DNA of 64,000 nt from Candidatus Margulisiibacteriota bacterium (lineage in GTDB: Bacteria; Margulisbacteria; WOR-1; O2-12-FULL-45-9; XYB2-FULL-48-7): contig JBAZKJ010000002.1 of NCBI GenBank assembly GCA_041650855.1, positions 284,280 to 348,279 of the forward strand, read 5' to 3'. The notes beneath the pieces are model-generated. The model saw only the letters and a program-made list of their open reading frames with translations, was not told where the DNA came from and searched no databases. Shown here in pieces: positions 11,570 to 20,322 of this stretch. Each line of letters starts with the position of its first letter. Within the stretch, counting starts at the first letter, position 1. The position numbers and the translations under genes are program-made.

Positions 11570-11901
11570 ACATGCTGCTTAGTCCGCCGCTCGCTTTTTT
11601 GGTCTTGCTGCTGGCCGCGCTCGGCCTGTACTGGCTGCTGAGCCCGCTCGCTTTCAAGGTTAAACAAGCGCCAAGCGGCCTGACCAAGGCTTACACCGGC
11701 GGCGAAGAGGTCAAGACCCACCGGGTCCGGCCCGATTACAGCCAGTTCTTTCCCTTCGCCTTTTTCTTCACCATCCTGCACGTGGTCACCCTGGTGGTGG
11801 CGACCGTGCCGCTGGCCGCGCCCGGTTCGGTCGCGATCGCCGTTATTTACCTGGGCGGGGCCGCCTTCGGCCTGTTGCTCCTCTTCCGGAGGCAGGGATG
11901 A
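11566..11901 (+). CDS. Hydrogenase-associated small membrane protein
   Basis: 111-aa hydrophobic protein, translationally coupled within the operon. Confidence 0.45.
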   Translation: MNMLLSPPLAFLVLLLAALGLYWLLSPLAFKVKQAPSGLTKAYTGGEEVKTHRVRPDYSQFFPFAFFFTILHVVTLVVATVPLAAPGSVAIAVIYLGGAAFGLLLLFRRQG

Positions 11902-12335
11902 AGATCATCGATAAGATCGTCCACTGGTCGCGGCTCAAATCGCCGTGGATCCTCCATTTCAACACCGGGGCTTGCAACGCCTGCGACATCGAGATCATCG
12001 CGGCGCTGACGCCGCGCTTCGACCTGGAGCGATTCGGCGTCCAGCTCAAGGCGACGCCGCGCCATGCCGATATCCTGGTCTGTTCCGGCCCGGTCACCCG
12101 CCAGATCCGCGACCGGCTGGTGCGGATCTACGAGCAGATGGCCGAGCCGAAGTTCGTCGTCGCGGTCGGCAGCTGCGCCACCAGCGGCGGCGTTTTTTCC
12201 GGGCTGTACAATGTCCAGGGAGGGATCGATCAGGTCATCCCGGTCGACGCCTATATCCCCGGTTGTCCGGCCAGCCCGCAGGCGATCATCGACGGCGTGG
12301 TCAAATTGCTTAAGAAACTGGAGGGAGCGGCATGA
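11898..12335 (+). CDS. [NiFe]-hydrogenase small subunit (NuoB/MbhJ-like, [4Fe-4S])
   Basis: GACNACD, GSCATSGG and GCP cysteine motifs of the NuoB-type proximal cluster. 145 aa. Confidence 0.85.
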   Translation: MKIIDKIVHWSRLKSPWILHFNTGACNACDIEIIAALTPRFDLERFGVQLKATPRHADILVCSGPVTRQIRDRLVRIYEQMAEPKFVVAVGSCATSGGVFSGLYNVQGGIDQVIPVDAYIPGCPASPQAIIDGVVKLLKKLEGAA

Positions 12336-12799
12336 GCGATCTCACGCAGATTAAACAGCAGCTGGAAGATAAATTCGTTTACCTTAAAGGCGGCATCCGT
12401 GAGCAGGGGGAGCGCCGTCTCTGGAGCGAGGTCAGCTACGACCTCTTTTTCGACGTGTTCGGCTACGCGGTCAAAGAACTCGGATTTGACGCGCTCTGCA
12501 CGATCACCGGGCTGGATGAGGGAGAATACCTGGCTTTCATCTATCACCTGAGCAAGGGTGGGCTGGTCTTTAACCTGAAAACGAAGATCTTAAAGGACAA
12601 GGAAGATCTCCGGACGGTTATCGACTATTTCCCCGGCGCGGCGATCTATGAGCGGGAAGTCGTCGACCTGCTCGGCGTGAAAGTCGCTGGATTGCCGGAC
12701 GGCGTCCGTTATCCGCTGCCGGACGACTGGCCGGCCGGCCAATATCCGCTCCGCAAGGACTGGGACCCTAAGGTCCTGGACCAGAAGGAGGCCGGCTAA
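12332..12799 (+). CDS. NuoC-like (30 kDa) hydrogenase subunit
   Basis: 155 aa, NuoC/HycE N-domain-like. Start overlaps the previous stop. Confidence 0.8.
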   Translation: MSDLTQIKQQLEDKFVYLKGGIREQGERRLWSEVSYDLFFDVFGYAVKELGFDALCTITGLDEGEYLAFIYHLSKGGLVFNLKTKILKDKEDLRTVIDYFPGAAIYEREVVDLLGVKVAGLPDGVRYPLPDDWPAGQYPLRKDWDPKVLDQKEAG

Positions 12800-12800
12800 C

Positions 12801-14006
12801 ATGGACGATAAAGACCGGGATATGCTGATCTCGATCGGGCCGCAGCACCCGGCGTTAAAAGAGCCGACCAGCTTTAGCCTGGCTCTGCGCGGCGAAAAGA
12901 TCGACGCGATCCAGGTCAAGATCGGCTACAACCACCGCGGGATCGAAAAAGGCTGCGAATCGCGCACCTATATCCAGGACATGTACTTGCTGGAACGGAT
13001 CTGCGGGATCTGTTCCCACGCCCATTCCACCGCTTACGTCCAGGCGGTGGAGACGATCGCCGGTCTGCAGGTCCCCCGGCGGGCCTTGTATATCCGGACA
13101 CTGATCGGCGAACTGGAGCGGATCCACAGCCATCTCCTCTGGCTCGGCGTGGCCGGCCACGAGATCGGCTTTGACACGTTATTAATGTATACCTGGCGCG
13201 ACCGGGAAGCGGTCATGGACCTGCTGGCCGAGCTGACCGGCAACCGCGTCAACTACGGCATTAACACGATCGGCGGCGTCCGCCGCGATCTCACCAAAGA
13301 AGAGGGGGAGAAGATCCTCAAGATCATCGACAAACTGGAGGAACAGACCAAATACTACGTGCAGATCGCGCAGGAGGAATCGACCTTGATCCAGCGGCTT
13401 TCCGGGGTCGGCAAGCTGCCCAAAGCGGACGCGCTCCGGCTTGGCGCGGTCGGGCCGACCGCCCGGGCGTCCAGCATCGCTTTTGACGTCCGCAAGGACG
13501 ACCCGTACGCCGCTTACGGCGAGCTCGATTTCAAAGTGGTCAGCGCCGACCAGGCCGACGTTTACGGCCGGACGGTCGTCCGGCTCGGCGAACTGCTGGA
13601 AGCGTATTCGCTCATCCGGCAGGTGATCAAGAACCTGCCGGACGGGCCGATCGCGGTCCGCGCGCCGCGCAAGATCCCGGCGGGCGAAGCGCTGAGCCGC
13701 TACGAAGCGCCGCGCGGCGAAGACGTCCATTATGTCAAAGCGAACGGCACGGATATGCCCGAACGGGTCAAAGTGCGCGCGCCAACATTGGCGAACAGCC
13801 AGGCGATCGCCAAGATGCTGGAAGACCGTTATCTGGCCGACCTGCCGATCGTGGTGGCGGCGATCGATCCGTGCTTCTCCTGCACCGACCGGGCGATCGA
13901 GGTCGAAGGGAAGGGGCTGATGTCGTGGGAAAAACTGCGGCAGTACAGCATCGACTGGTACCGTAAACAGGGAGTGGATTTCCGCAATGTTAAGCGCATT
14001 ATTTAA
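12801..14006 (+). CDS. Group 4 [NiFe]-hydrogenase large subunit (NuoD/MbhL-like)
   Basis: N-terminal RICGICSHAHS and C-terminal DPCFSCTDR nickel-iron ligating motifs, with a ~35-aa C-terminal extension as expected for protease-processed large subunits. Confidence 0.88.
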   Translation: MDDKDRDMLISIGPQHPALKEPTSFSLALRGEKIDAIQVKIGYNHRGIEKGCESRTYIQDMYLLERICGICSHAHSTAYVQAVETIAGLQVPRRALYIRTLIGELERIHSHLLWLGVAGHEIGFDTLLMYTWRDREAVMDLLAELTGNRVNYGINTIGGVRRDLTKEEGEKILKIIDKLEEQTKYYVQIAQEESTLIQRLSGVGKLPKADALRLGAVGPTARASSIAFDVRKDDPYAAYGELDFKVVSADQADVYGRTVVRLGELLEAYSLIRQVIKNLPDGPIAVRAPRKIPAGEALSRYEAPRGEDVHYVKANGTDMPERVKVRAPTLANSQAIAKMLEDRYLADLPIVVAAIDPCFSCTDRAIEVEGKGLMSWEKLRQYSIDWYRKQGVDFRNVKRII

Positions 14007-14925
14007 TATCCTGGTCTTTCCGGGACTGTTATTCCTGTCGTTCCTCGGGACGACGGCGGAATACATCGACCGGAAGCTTTATGCCCGGTTCCAGAACCGG
14101 GTCGGCCCCCCCTGGTTCCAGCCGGTCGCCGACCTGATCAAGCTGTTCGGCAAGAGCGAAGTCGTGCCGGAGGAGGCGGACCCGGCGATGTTCAAACTAG
14201 TGCCGCTGGTCGCCCTGGCGGCGACTTGCGCCGCTTACCTCTACATCCCGATCTGGGGAACTAAAGCGCTTTATTATTTCAAGGGCGACCTGATCGTCAT
14301 CCTTTATCTCTTGACCTTGCCGACCTTTACTTTTTTCCTCGGCGGTTGGTACTCGCGTTCGCTCTACGCCACGATCGGGGCGATCCGCTCGGTCACCCAG
14401 CTTTTTGCTTATGAAATCCCGCTGCTGTTGGCCGTGCTCGCCCCGGCGCTTTTAGCCAACACCTGGTCGCTGTCGGAAATGGTCGAGTATTACACGGTCC
14501 ACCCGTGGTACTGGCTTTTTAACCTGATCGGCTTCGGCGTCGCCCTGATCGCCCTGCTGGGCAAACTGGAGCGCGTCCCTTTTGACAGTCCGGAGGCGGA
14601 GACCGAGATCGTCGCCGGCAGCTTTACCGAATACAGCGGCCGCTTCCTGGCGTTCTTCCGCTGGGCGATCGATATCGAGGCGGTGGTCGGCGCGTCGCTG
14701 CTGGCGGCGGTTTTTATGCCGTTCGGCCTCGGCTATGCTCCGGTCGTCGCTTTTACGCTTTATTTAATAAAGATCCTGTTCATCCTTTGCCTGCTGACGC
14801 TCGCTCGGACGGTCATGGCCCGCCTGCGCATCGACCAGATGATCGATTTTTGCTGGCGGATCGTCGCGCCGGTCGCTTTTCTGCAGATCCTGATCAACCT
14901 GATCTTAAAGGAGATACTGCTCTGA
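13987..14925 (+). CDS. NuoH/MbhM-like membrane subunit
   Basis: 312 aa; NuoH signature RKLYARFQNRVGPP. Confidence 0.8.
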   Translation: MLSALFNILVFPGLLFLSFLGTTAEYIDRKLYARFQNRVGPPWFQPVADLIKLFGKSEVVPEEADPAMFKLVPLVALAATCAAYLYIPIWGTKALYYFKGDLIVILYLLTLPTFTFFLGGWYSRSLYATIGAIRSVTQLFAYEIPLLLAVLAPALLANTWSLSEMVEYYTVHPWYWLFNLIGFGVALIALLGKLERVPFDSPEAETEIVAGSFTEYSGRFLAFFRWAIDIEAVVGASLLAAVFMPFGLGYAPVVAFTLYLIKILFILCLLTLARTVMARLRIDQMIDFCWRIVAPVAFLQILINLILKEILL

Positions 14926-15326
14926 TGGCCAAAAAGATCTTTAGCCGCCCGGGGGCGATGATCGCCCTGGTCCTGAAAACGCTCTTCCAGAAACCGGCGA
15001 CGGTCGATTATCCGAACAAGCCGATGCCGATGACGAAAAACTTCCGGGGCAAACTTAATTTTTTACCGGAGAAGTGCATCGGCTGCCTGATCTGCATGAA
15101 AGATTGCCCGACCGACGCGATCGAGATCAAGAAGCTCGGCGACAAGAAGTTCGAAATGGATATCGACCTGGGAAAATGCATCTACTGCGGCCAGTGCGTC
15201 GACAGCTGTCCGAAAAAAGCGCTGGCGATCACCCCGAACTTCGAACTGGCCCAGTTCTCTCACGACAAGCTGAGGATCGTTTTTAATGCCGACGGACCTG
15301 AAGGCGGAACTGACCAGCCGTCTTAA
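14925..15326 (+). CDS. NuoI/MbhN-like 2x[4Fe-4S] ferredoxin subunit
   Basis: Two CxxCxxCxxxCP motifs (CIGCLICMKDCP, CIYCGQCVDSCP). The ATG at 14925 overlaps the previous TGA. Confidence 0.8.
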   Translation: MAKKIFSRPGAMIALVLKTLFQKPATVDYPNKPMPMTKNFRGKLNFLPEKCIGCLICMKDCPTDAIEIKKLGDKKFEMDIDLGKCIYCGQCVDSCPKKALAITPNFELAQFSHDKLRIVFNADGPEGGTDQPS

Positions 15327-15765
15327 GGGGGCGACGCGGGTCGTCCTGCTCGGCGTCGGCTCCGACCTGCGCGGCGACGACGCGGCCGGCATGCTGGTCG
15401 CCGCACAACTGCAAAACGCCCCAAAACCGACGGTCCTCCTGGGCGGGACCGCGCCGGAAAACCTGACCGGCGAGATCAAAAAACTCAAGCCTTCCCATTT
15501 ATTGATCGTTGACGCGGCCGAGTTGAAAGCGGCGCCGGGGACGGTCAAACTCCTGACGCCGGAGGAGATCGGCGGCTTTTCTTTTTCCACCCACGCTTTG
15601 CCGCTCAAGGTGATGATCGATTTTATCCTGGCCGATTGGCAATGCGCCGTGACCATAATCGCGATCCAACCGGCCGACACGCGTTTCGGCGCGCCGGTCC
15701 ATCCGGCGGTAAACCGGGCGGTCGGGGAGCTTGCCGACAGCCTAAAAGCGGTTATTTCTTCTTAG
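15286..15765 (+). CDS. Hydrogenase maturation endopeptidase (HycI/HyaD family)
   Basis: LLGVGSDLRGDDAAGMLVA motif typical of hydrogenase C-terminal processing proteases. 159 aa. Confidence 0.75.
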   Translation: MPTDLKAELTSRLKGATRVVLLGVGSDLRGDDAAGMLVAAQLQNAPKPTVLLGGTAPENLTGEIKKLKPSHLLIVDAAELKAAPGTVKLLTPEEIGGFSFSTHALPLKVMIDFILADWQCAVTIIAIQPADTRFGAPVHPAVNRAVGELADSLKAVISS

Positions 15766-16024
15766 TTTTAGCGGTTTGGTCCCGTTCGACCGAGATCGTG
15801 CACTCGGTGACGAGCGCGGCGACCGCGCCGACGGCGGCCAGGACCGGGGCGAGCAGGGCGCCGACCACGCCGAACGTCAGCGGGAACGACATCAGCTCTT
15901 TTCCGTCCTTACCCTTGATCGTGATCTTGCGGACGTTCCCTTCCTTAACGATCTCTTTGACCTTGGCCAGCAGCAGCTCACCGTTCACCTTGAACTCTTC
16001 AATGATCTCTTCTTTTTCTACCAT
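15752..16024 (-). CDS. DUF4342-family small protein
   Basis: 90 aa; GNVRKITIKGKDGKEL...GVVGALLAPVLAAVGAVAALVTECTISVERD resembles DUF4342. Convergent with the protease gene and overlapping its 3' end by 14 nt. Confidence 0.5.
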   Translation of the reverse strand: MVEKEEIIEEFKVNGELLLAKVKEIVKEGNVRKITIKGKDGKELMSFPLTFGVVGALLAPVLAAVGAVAALVTECTISVERDQTAKTKKK

Positions 16025-16101
16025 ATTGACTTACCCCCTTTTCGCTGGCATTATAACACCTGCGGGGTGAGAAAACCCTGACTTTTCCCAAGGAGCATGA
16101 A

Positions 16102-17253
16102 ATGAAAAAATGGAATTTGTTGCTTGGGCCTTGTTTGTTTTTGGTGCTTTGTTGCTTGTTGTTTACCCTTACCGGTTGCGGCGGGGGCGGAACGGCGGCG
16201 ACCACGACCACGATCGCGCCGACGACCACGGCGGCGCCGGCCACGACCACCACGACCGGCACCTCTGCCACGACCACTACGACCGGCTCGTCGCCAACGA
16301 CGACCGCCGCCCCGGGTACAACCACAACCACTACAACGACCAGCACCACGACCACGACCTTGACCCCCGGCAGCGTTTGGACCCAGGCGACCGCTGAAGC
16401 CGCGTTCTCTGGTAGGTCCGGGCAGTCCAGCTTGGTGTTTGACAACAAGATCTGGGTGATCGGTGGCATGGGGGCTGGTTCGATCGGGCTAAAGGATGTT
16501 TGGAATTCGAGCAACGGGGTCAACTGGACCAGGGTGACGGACGAGGCGGCGTTCGGCCCTAGGAGCGACCATGGCAGCGCCGTCTTCCTGAACAAAATGT
16601 GGGTTGTCTGCGGCCGAGACCCGTCCGTTTCTTATTCGAACGACGTCTGGTCTTCCAGCGACGGCGTCTTGTGGGAAAGGGCAACGGCCGAAGCGACCGG
16701 CATTGCCAGATGGCGCCCATCCGTGATCGCGTACGATAATAAGCTCTGGATCATCGCCGGTTATACCAGCGACGATGTTCCGACCAACGAAGTCTGGAGT
16801 TCGGCCGACGGGATTATCTGGGAATGCGTCACTCGGGAAGCGGCGTTCGAGCCCAGATTCAGTGCCGGCGTGGTTTCCTTCGAAGGGAACGTCGGCTTGA
16901 TGGGCGGTTATAATAATTATACGTCCACTTATTTTAACGACGTCTGGTTAACTCAGGACGGAACGAACTGGGCGAAACTCGCGCCGACGGCCGATTATTC
17001 CGCCAGGGGCGGACAGACCAGCGTGGTTGCCGCCGGCAAGGTTTGGCAGATCGGCGGCGATAACGGCGGGGTGCTGCATGACGTTTGGAATATCAGCAAC
17101 GTTGACAATACCTGGACGGAAGTGACTGCGGCGGCGGCGTTCAGCGCCCGGGGCAGCCACAGCAGTGTCGTTTTTAATAATAAACTGTGGGTCATCGGCG
17201 GTTGGAATGGGAGCGCCGCCTTGAACGATGTCTGGTATTCACCCTTGCCATAG
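16102..17253 (+). CDS. Surface lipoprotein with Thr-rich stalk and Kelch-type beta-propeller
   Basis: Signal peptide plus lipobox LTGC, then GGGGTAATTTTIAPTTTAAPATTTTTG stalk, then ~6 Kelch-like blades (…IWVIGG…DVWNSSNGVNWTRV…). Confidence 0.65.
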   Translation: MKKWNLLLGPCLFLVLCCLLFTLTGCGGGGTAATTTTIAPTTTAAPATTTTTGTSATTTTTGSSPTTTAAPGTTTTTTTTSTTTTTLTPGSVWTQATAEAAFSGRSGQSSLVFDNKIWVIGGMGAGSIGLKDVWNSSNGVNWTRVTDEAAFGPRSDHGSAVFLNKMWVVCGRDPSVSYSNDVWSSSDGVLWERATAEATGIARWRPSVIAYDNKLWIIAGYTSDDVPTNEVWSSADGIIWECVTREAAFEPRFSAGVVSFEGNVGLMGGYNNYTSTYFNDVWLTQDGTNWAKLAPTADYSARGGQTSVVAAGKVWQIGGDNGGVLHDVWNISNVDNTWTEVTAAAAFSARGSHSSVVFNNKLWVIGGWNGSAALNDVWYSPLP

Positions 17254-17284
17254 CTAACCTTTCCCTTGCTGGTCAGGTTGAAGG

Positions 17285-18907
17285 TTGCGTATAAATAATA
17301 GGGGGGAAATGTTAGTGAATATTAAATTGGCGGGCTTCGTTGGTTTGGTTGGCGCTTTTTGTTTTCTGCTCATAACCGTTTCCGGTTGCGGCGGAGGCGG
17401 GACGGCGGCCACGACGACCACGATCGCGCCGACGACCACGGCGGCGCCGGCCACGACTACCACGACCGGCAGCTCCGCCACGACCACCACGACCGGCTCG
17501 TCGCCAACAACGACCGCCGCGCCGGGGACAACTACCACGACGACGACCGGCACGACCACGACGACCGCCGCGCCGGGGACAACTACGACAACTACTATGA
17601 CCAGCACGACCACCACGACGATCGGCACATTGACGATCACGATGGTCCCGGCTTCCGGCTCGCTCGAGGCGAACAGCATACCGGTGACGATCGAAGCGAA
17701 CGCCGGCGGCGCCACGATCTATTACACAACCGACGAATCGACCCCGACCACGGCTTCGCTGGTCTATTCCGGCCCGATCACGGTCGAAACCTCGCAGGTC
17801 ATCAAGGCCAAGGCTTTCATGGCCGGTTGGACGGACAGCGCCGTCGGGACCAGGAATTATGACCTCTACTGGTGGCAGCCGCTCGGTTCGGGTTTGAGTA
17901 GCGGCGGCTGGGGATATGCGCTTTATTGCGATGGAGCGAACGGCCTCTACGTTGGCGGTGATTTTACTTCTGCCGGCGGGGTTAACGCGGCCAATCTTGC
18001 CAAATGGAATATCGCCCTCCAAACCTGGGAAGCGGTGGGCAATACGGCGTCAGATGTTAATGATATGGTCTGGGCGATCGACGGGATCGGTTCGGCGCTT
18101 TACATCGGCGGAAAATTTACCGCGCCGGCCATAAAGGTCGCGAAATGGGAAAGCAGCGCCTGGTCGGCATTGGGCGGCGGGCTTGATAAAAATGTCCAAG
18201 CTCTGGCGCACAACGAAGCCGGCAGATTATTCGCCGGCGGCGTCTTTACAACAGAGGTTGGTTGGGCCGCGGAAAGCATGATCGCTTACTATGAGAGCGG
18301 CCATTGGAACAATATGACCAACGGCCTTAATGACTCGGTCTCGGCGATGGTTTACGACGGAATTGGGAGTTTATATGCCGGCGGGGCTTTTACCTGCGAA
18401 GCGATCGGCGCTTCATCATTAAGCCGGGTCGCGTATTGGAACGGCAGCTGGCACAATGTCGGCAGTGAGATCCCTGATACCGGTTCCAATACTGTTTATG
18501 CCTTAGCTCTGGATGCGGCCAATAACCTTTATGCCGGCGGCACGTTTATTGTCACCAGCTCGGGTTATTATCAATATTTGGCCAAGTGCAGCGATCCGGC
18601 CGGGACGCCGGCCTGGAGCGCGCTGGGAAATCCGAACGGGGTGGTCAACGCGCTGAAAATGGCCGGTAACGGCGCGTTGGTCGCCGGCGGAGACTTTACC
18701 TCGATCGACAGCGTTACTGTCAACCATATTGCCATCTGCCTTAATCCCGGGACTTCTCCGCAGTGGCAAGCTATCAGTAACGGAACGGACGGGAATATCA
18801 TGGCCGTTGCCTTTGACAGCAGCGGGAATCTTTATGTTACCGGCGGTTTCACCAAAGCGGGGGATGTAACAGTCAATTATGTCGCCAAATGGGGGAAGAA
18901 ATTTTAA
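17285..18907 (+). CDS. Surface lipoprotein with Thr-rich stalk, CHB_HEX_C/Fn3-like module and unclassified beta-propeller repeats
   Basis: Lipobox VSGC and a stalk identical to the neighbours. A GATIYYTTDESTPT module, then 7 repeats of LY(V/A)GG(D/A)FT. Confidence 0.6.
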   Translation: MRINNRGEMLVNIKLAGFVGLVGAFCFLLITVSGCGGGGTAATTTTIAPTTTAAPATTTTTGSSATTTTTGSSPTTTAAPGTTTTTTTGTTTTTAAPGTTTTTTMTSTTTTTIGTLTITMVPASGSLEANSIPVTIEANAGGATIYYTTDESTPTTASLVYSGPITVETSQVIKAKAFMAGWTDSAVGTRNYDLYWWQPLGSGLSSGGWGYALYCDGANGLYVGGDFTSAGGVNAANLAKWNIALQTWEAVGNTASDVNDMVWAIDGIGSALYIGGKFTAPAIKVAKWESSAWSALGGGLDKNVQALAHNEAGRLFAGGVFTTEVGWAAESMIAYYESGHWNNMTNGLNDSVSAMVYDGIGSLYAGGAFTCEAIGASSLSRVAYWNGSWHNVGSEIPDTGSNTVYALALDAANNLYAGGTFIVTSSGYYQYLAKCSDPAGTPAWSALGNPNGVVNALKMAGNGALVAGGDFTSIDSVTVNHIAICLNPGTSPQWQAISNGTDGNIMAVAFDSSGNLYVTGGFTKAGDVTVNYVAKWGKKF

Positions 18908-20061
18908 CCGGCAATAAGAACAGGGAGTTCGGGCTTATTGTTTGTTTGCTGTGTATTGCTTGTTACTTTTTAATTAACCTGACTGGTTGCGGCGGGGGCG
19001 GAACTGCGGCGACCACGACCACGATCGCGCCGACGACCACGGCAGCTCCGGCCACGACCACCACGACCGGCAGCTCTGCCGCGACCACCACGACCGGCTC
19101 GTCGCCAACGACGACGACCGGCCCCACGACCACAACTTCGGCTGCCACGACAACTACAACAACTACAACTACGACAACCACGACCACTCCCCCCCCGGAA
19201 ACTTACGGTTTTGACAGCAAATGGGGGAGCTATGGGACAGGAGAAGGGGAATTTAGATCGCCGGCCGGGATAGCTGTCCTGCCGAGCGGCGGGGACGTTT
19301 TTGTCAGCGACACAAGCAATAATCGGGTGCAAAAATTCACTTCGACCGGCGCATTTATCGATAAATTCGGCACGTTCGGTACCTTTGAGGCCAATTATAA
19401 AAATCCGAACGGGCTCTGTTTTACCAGGACTTATGATACTTTTCTGGTCGCGGATAGAAGCAACCACCGGTTCGTTGAACGGAGTCTTGATGGTAGTGCT
19501 CCAGAGGTGTGGGGAACGCAGGGGACCAGCGACGGTCAATTGGATTATCCGCGTGATGTGGGGGTAGAGGGGGCATTAAATCAGGCTTTTGAAGTTGATG
19601 CCGCCAGGGTCCAAGTGTTCGGCGCACATACCGGTGCTTTTATTAGGAGATGGGGAACAGGCGGTGCGGCGCCGGGGCAGTTTGATTCGCCCTGCGGCAT
19701 CGCGGTCGATCGCACCGCTCAATGGGTCTACGTTGCCGATACCGGTAATCACCGGGTCCAAAAATTCAGTTTTTACGGCACGTTTGAGGCAACCTGGGGA
19801 TCGTATGGGTCAGGCAATGGTCAATTTCATTCTCCCAAGGGGATAGAAGTAGATACTGACGGCAACGTTTATGTGGCCGACACCTTGAACCATCGCGTCC
19901 AGAAATTTAATCCAACGGGGAGTTTAATGGCGATCTGGGGAAGTTACGGAACCGGGGATGGTCAGTTTGTCACCCCGGAAACGCTGGCCGTTTACGGAAC
20001 GAAAGAGGTTTATGTGGCCGATACCGGCAATCACCGGATCCAGAAGTTCGTAAAGCAATAA
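18889..20061 (+). CDS. Surface lipoprotein with Thr-rich stalk and NHL-repeat beta-propeller
   Basis: Lipobox LTGC and the same stalk. Repeated NHRVQKF / NHRIQKF NHL motifs. Confidence 0.65.
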   Translation: MGEEILTGNKNREFGLIVCLLCIACYFLINLTGCGGGGTAATTTTIAPTTTAAPATTTTTGSSAATTTTGSSPTTTTGPTTTTSAATTTTTTTTTTTTTTPPPETYGFDSKWGSYGTGEGEFRSPAGIAVLPSGGDVFVSDTSNNRVQKFTSTGAFIDKFGTFGTFEANYKNPNGLCFTRTYDTFLVADRSNHRFVERSLDGSAPEVWGTQGTSDGQLDYPRDVGVEGALNQAFEVDAARVQVFGAHTGAFIRRWGTGGAAPGQFDSPCGIAVDRTAQWVYVADTGNHRVQKFSFYGTFEATWGSYGSGNGQFHSPKGIEVDTDGNVYVADTLNHRVQKFNPTGSLMAIWGSYGTGDGQFVTPETLAVYGTKEVYVADTGNHRIQKFVKQ

Positions 20062-20076
20062 AGGGGGCAAAAGAAG

Positions 20077-20322
20077 ATGGATTTCCTGCATCCGTTCTCG
20101 ATCCTGCTGGAAGCGGTCGCGGCGGTGTTAGGTGTCTTGCTGGCGACGCAAAAGCGGAAGGCGTGGGGCTGGTGCCTGGCGCTGACGTTCGCGATCTACG
20201 TATATTACGACCTGGCGCGCTATCTTAACTGGGGAGTGTCGCCCGACATTCTCTATCTCAGCTTCTTTATCGCTTCGGTCTCCGTCACCTGGGCGGTCTG
20301 GCAGAGCTATAAGAGCTGCTAA
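20077..20322 (+). CDS. Small membrane protein, unknown function
   Basis: 81 aa with two predicted TM helices. Confidence 0.4.
   Translation: MDFLHPFSILLEAVAAVLGVLLATQKRKAWGWCLALTFAIYVYYDLARYLNWGVSPDILYLSFFIASVSVTWAVWQSYKSC

Noticed and set aside
17254-17284. AACCTT…AAGGTT inverted repeat after the Kelch lipoprotein gene as a terminator
   Set aside because: It is only a 6-bp stem with a ~19-nt loop and no U-tract, which is too weak to call.
17254-17715. Minus-strand ORFs encoding poly-Val runs (also 15999-16595, 18963-19187)
   Set aside because: They are the reverse complement of the Thr(ACC/ACG)-rich stalk-coding repeats in the lipoprotein genes, not genes.
16174-19118. The near-identical repeat blocks as a diversity-generating retroelement (TR/VR) or CRISPR-like array
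   Set aside because: There is no reverse transcriptase or cas genes. The differences between copies are not adenine-specific, and the repeats are in-frame coding stalks rather than spacer-separated direct repeats.
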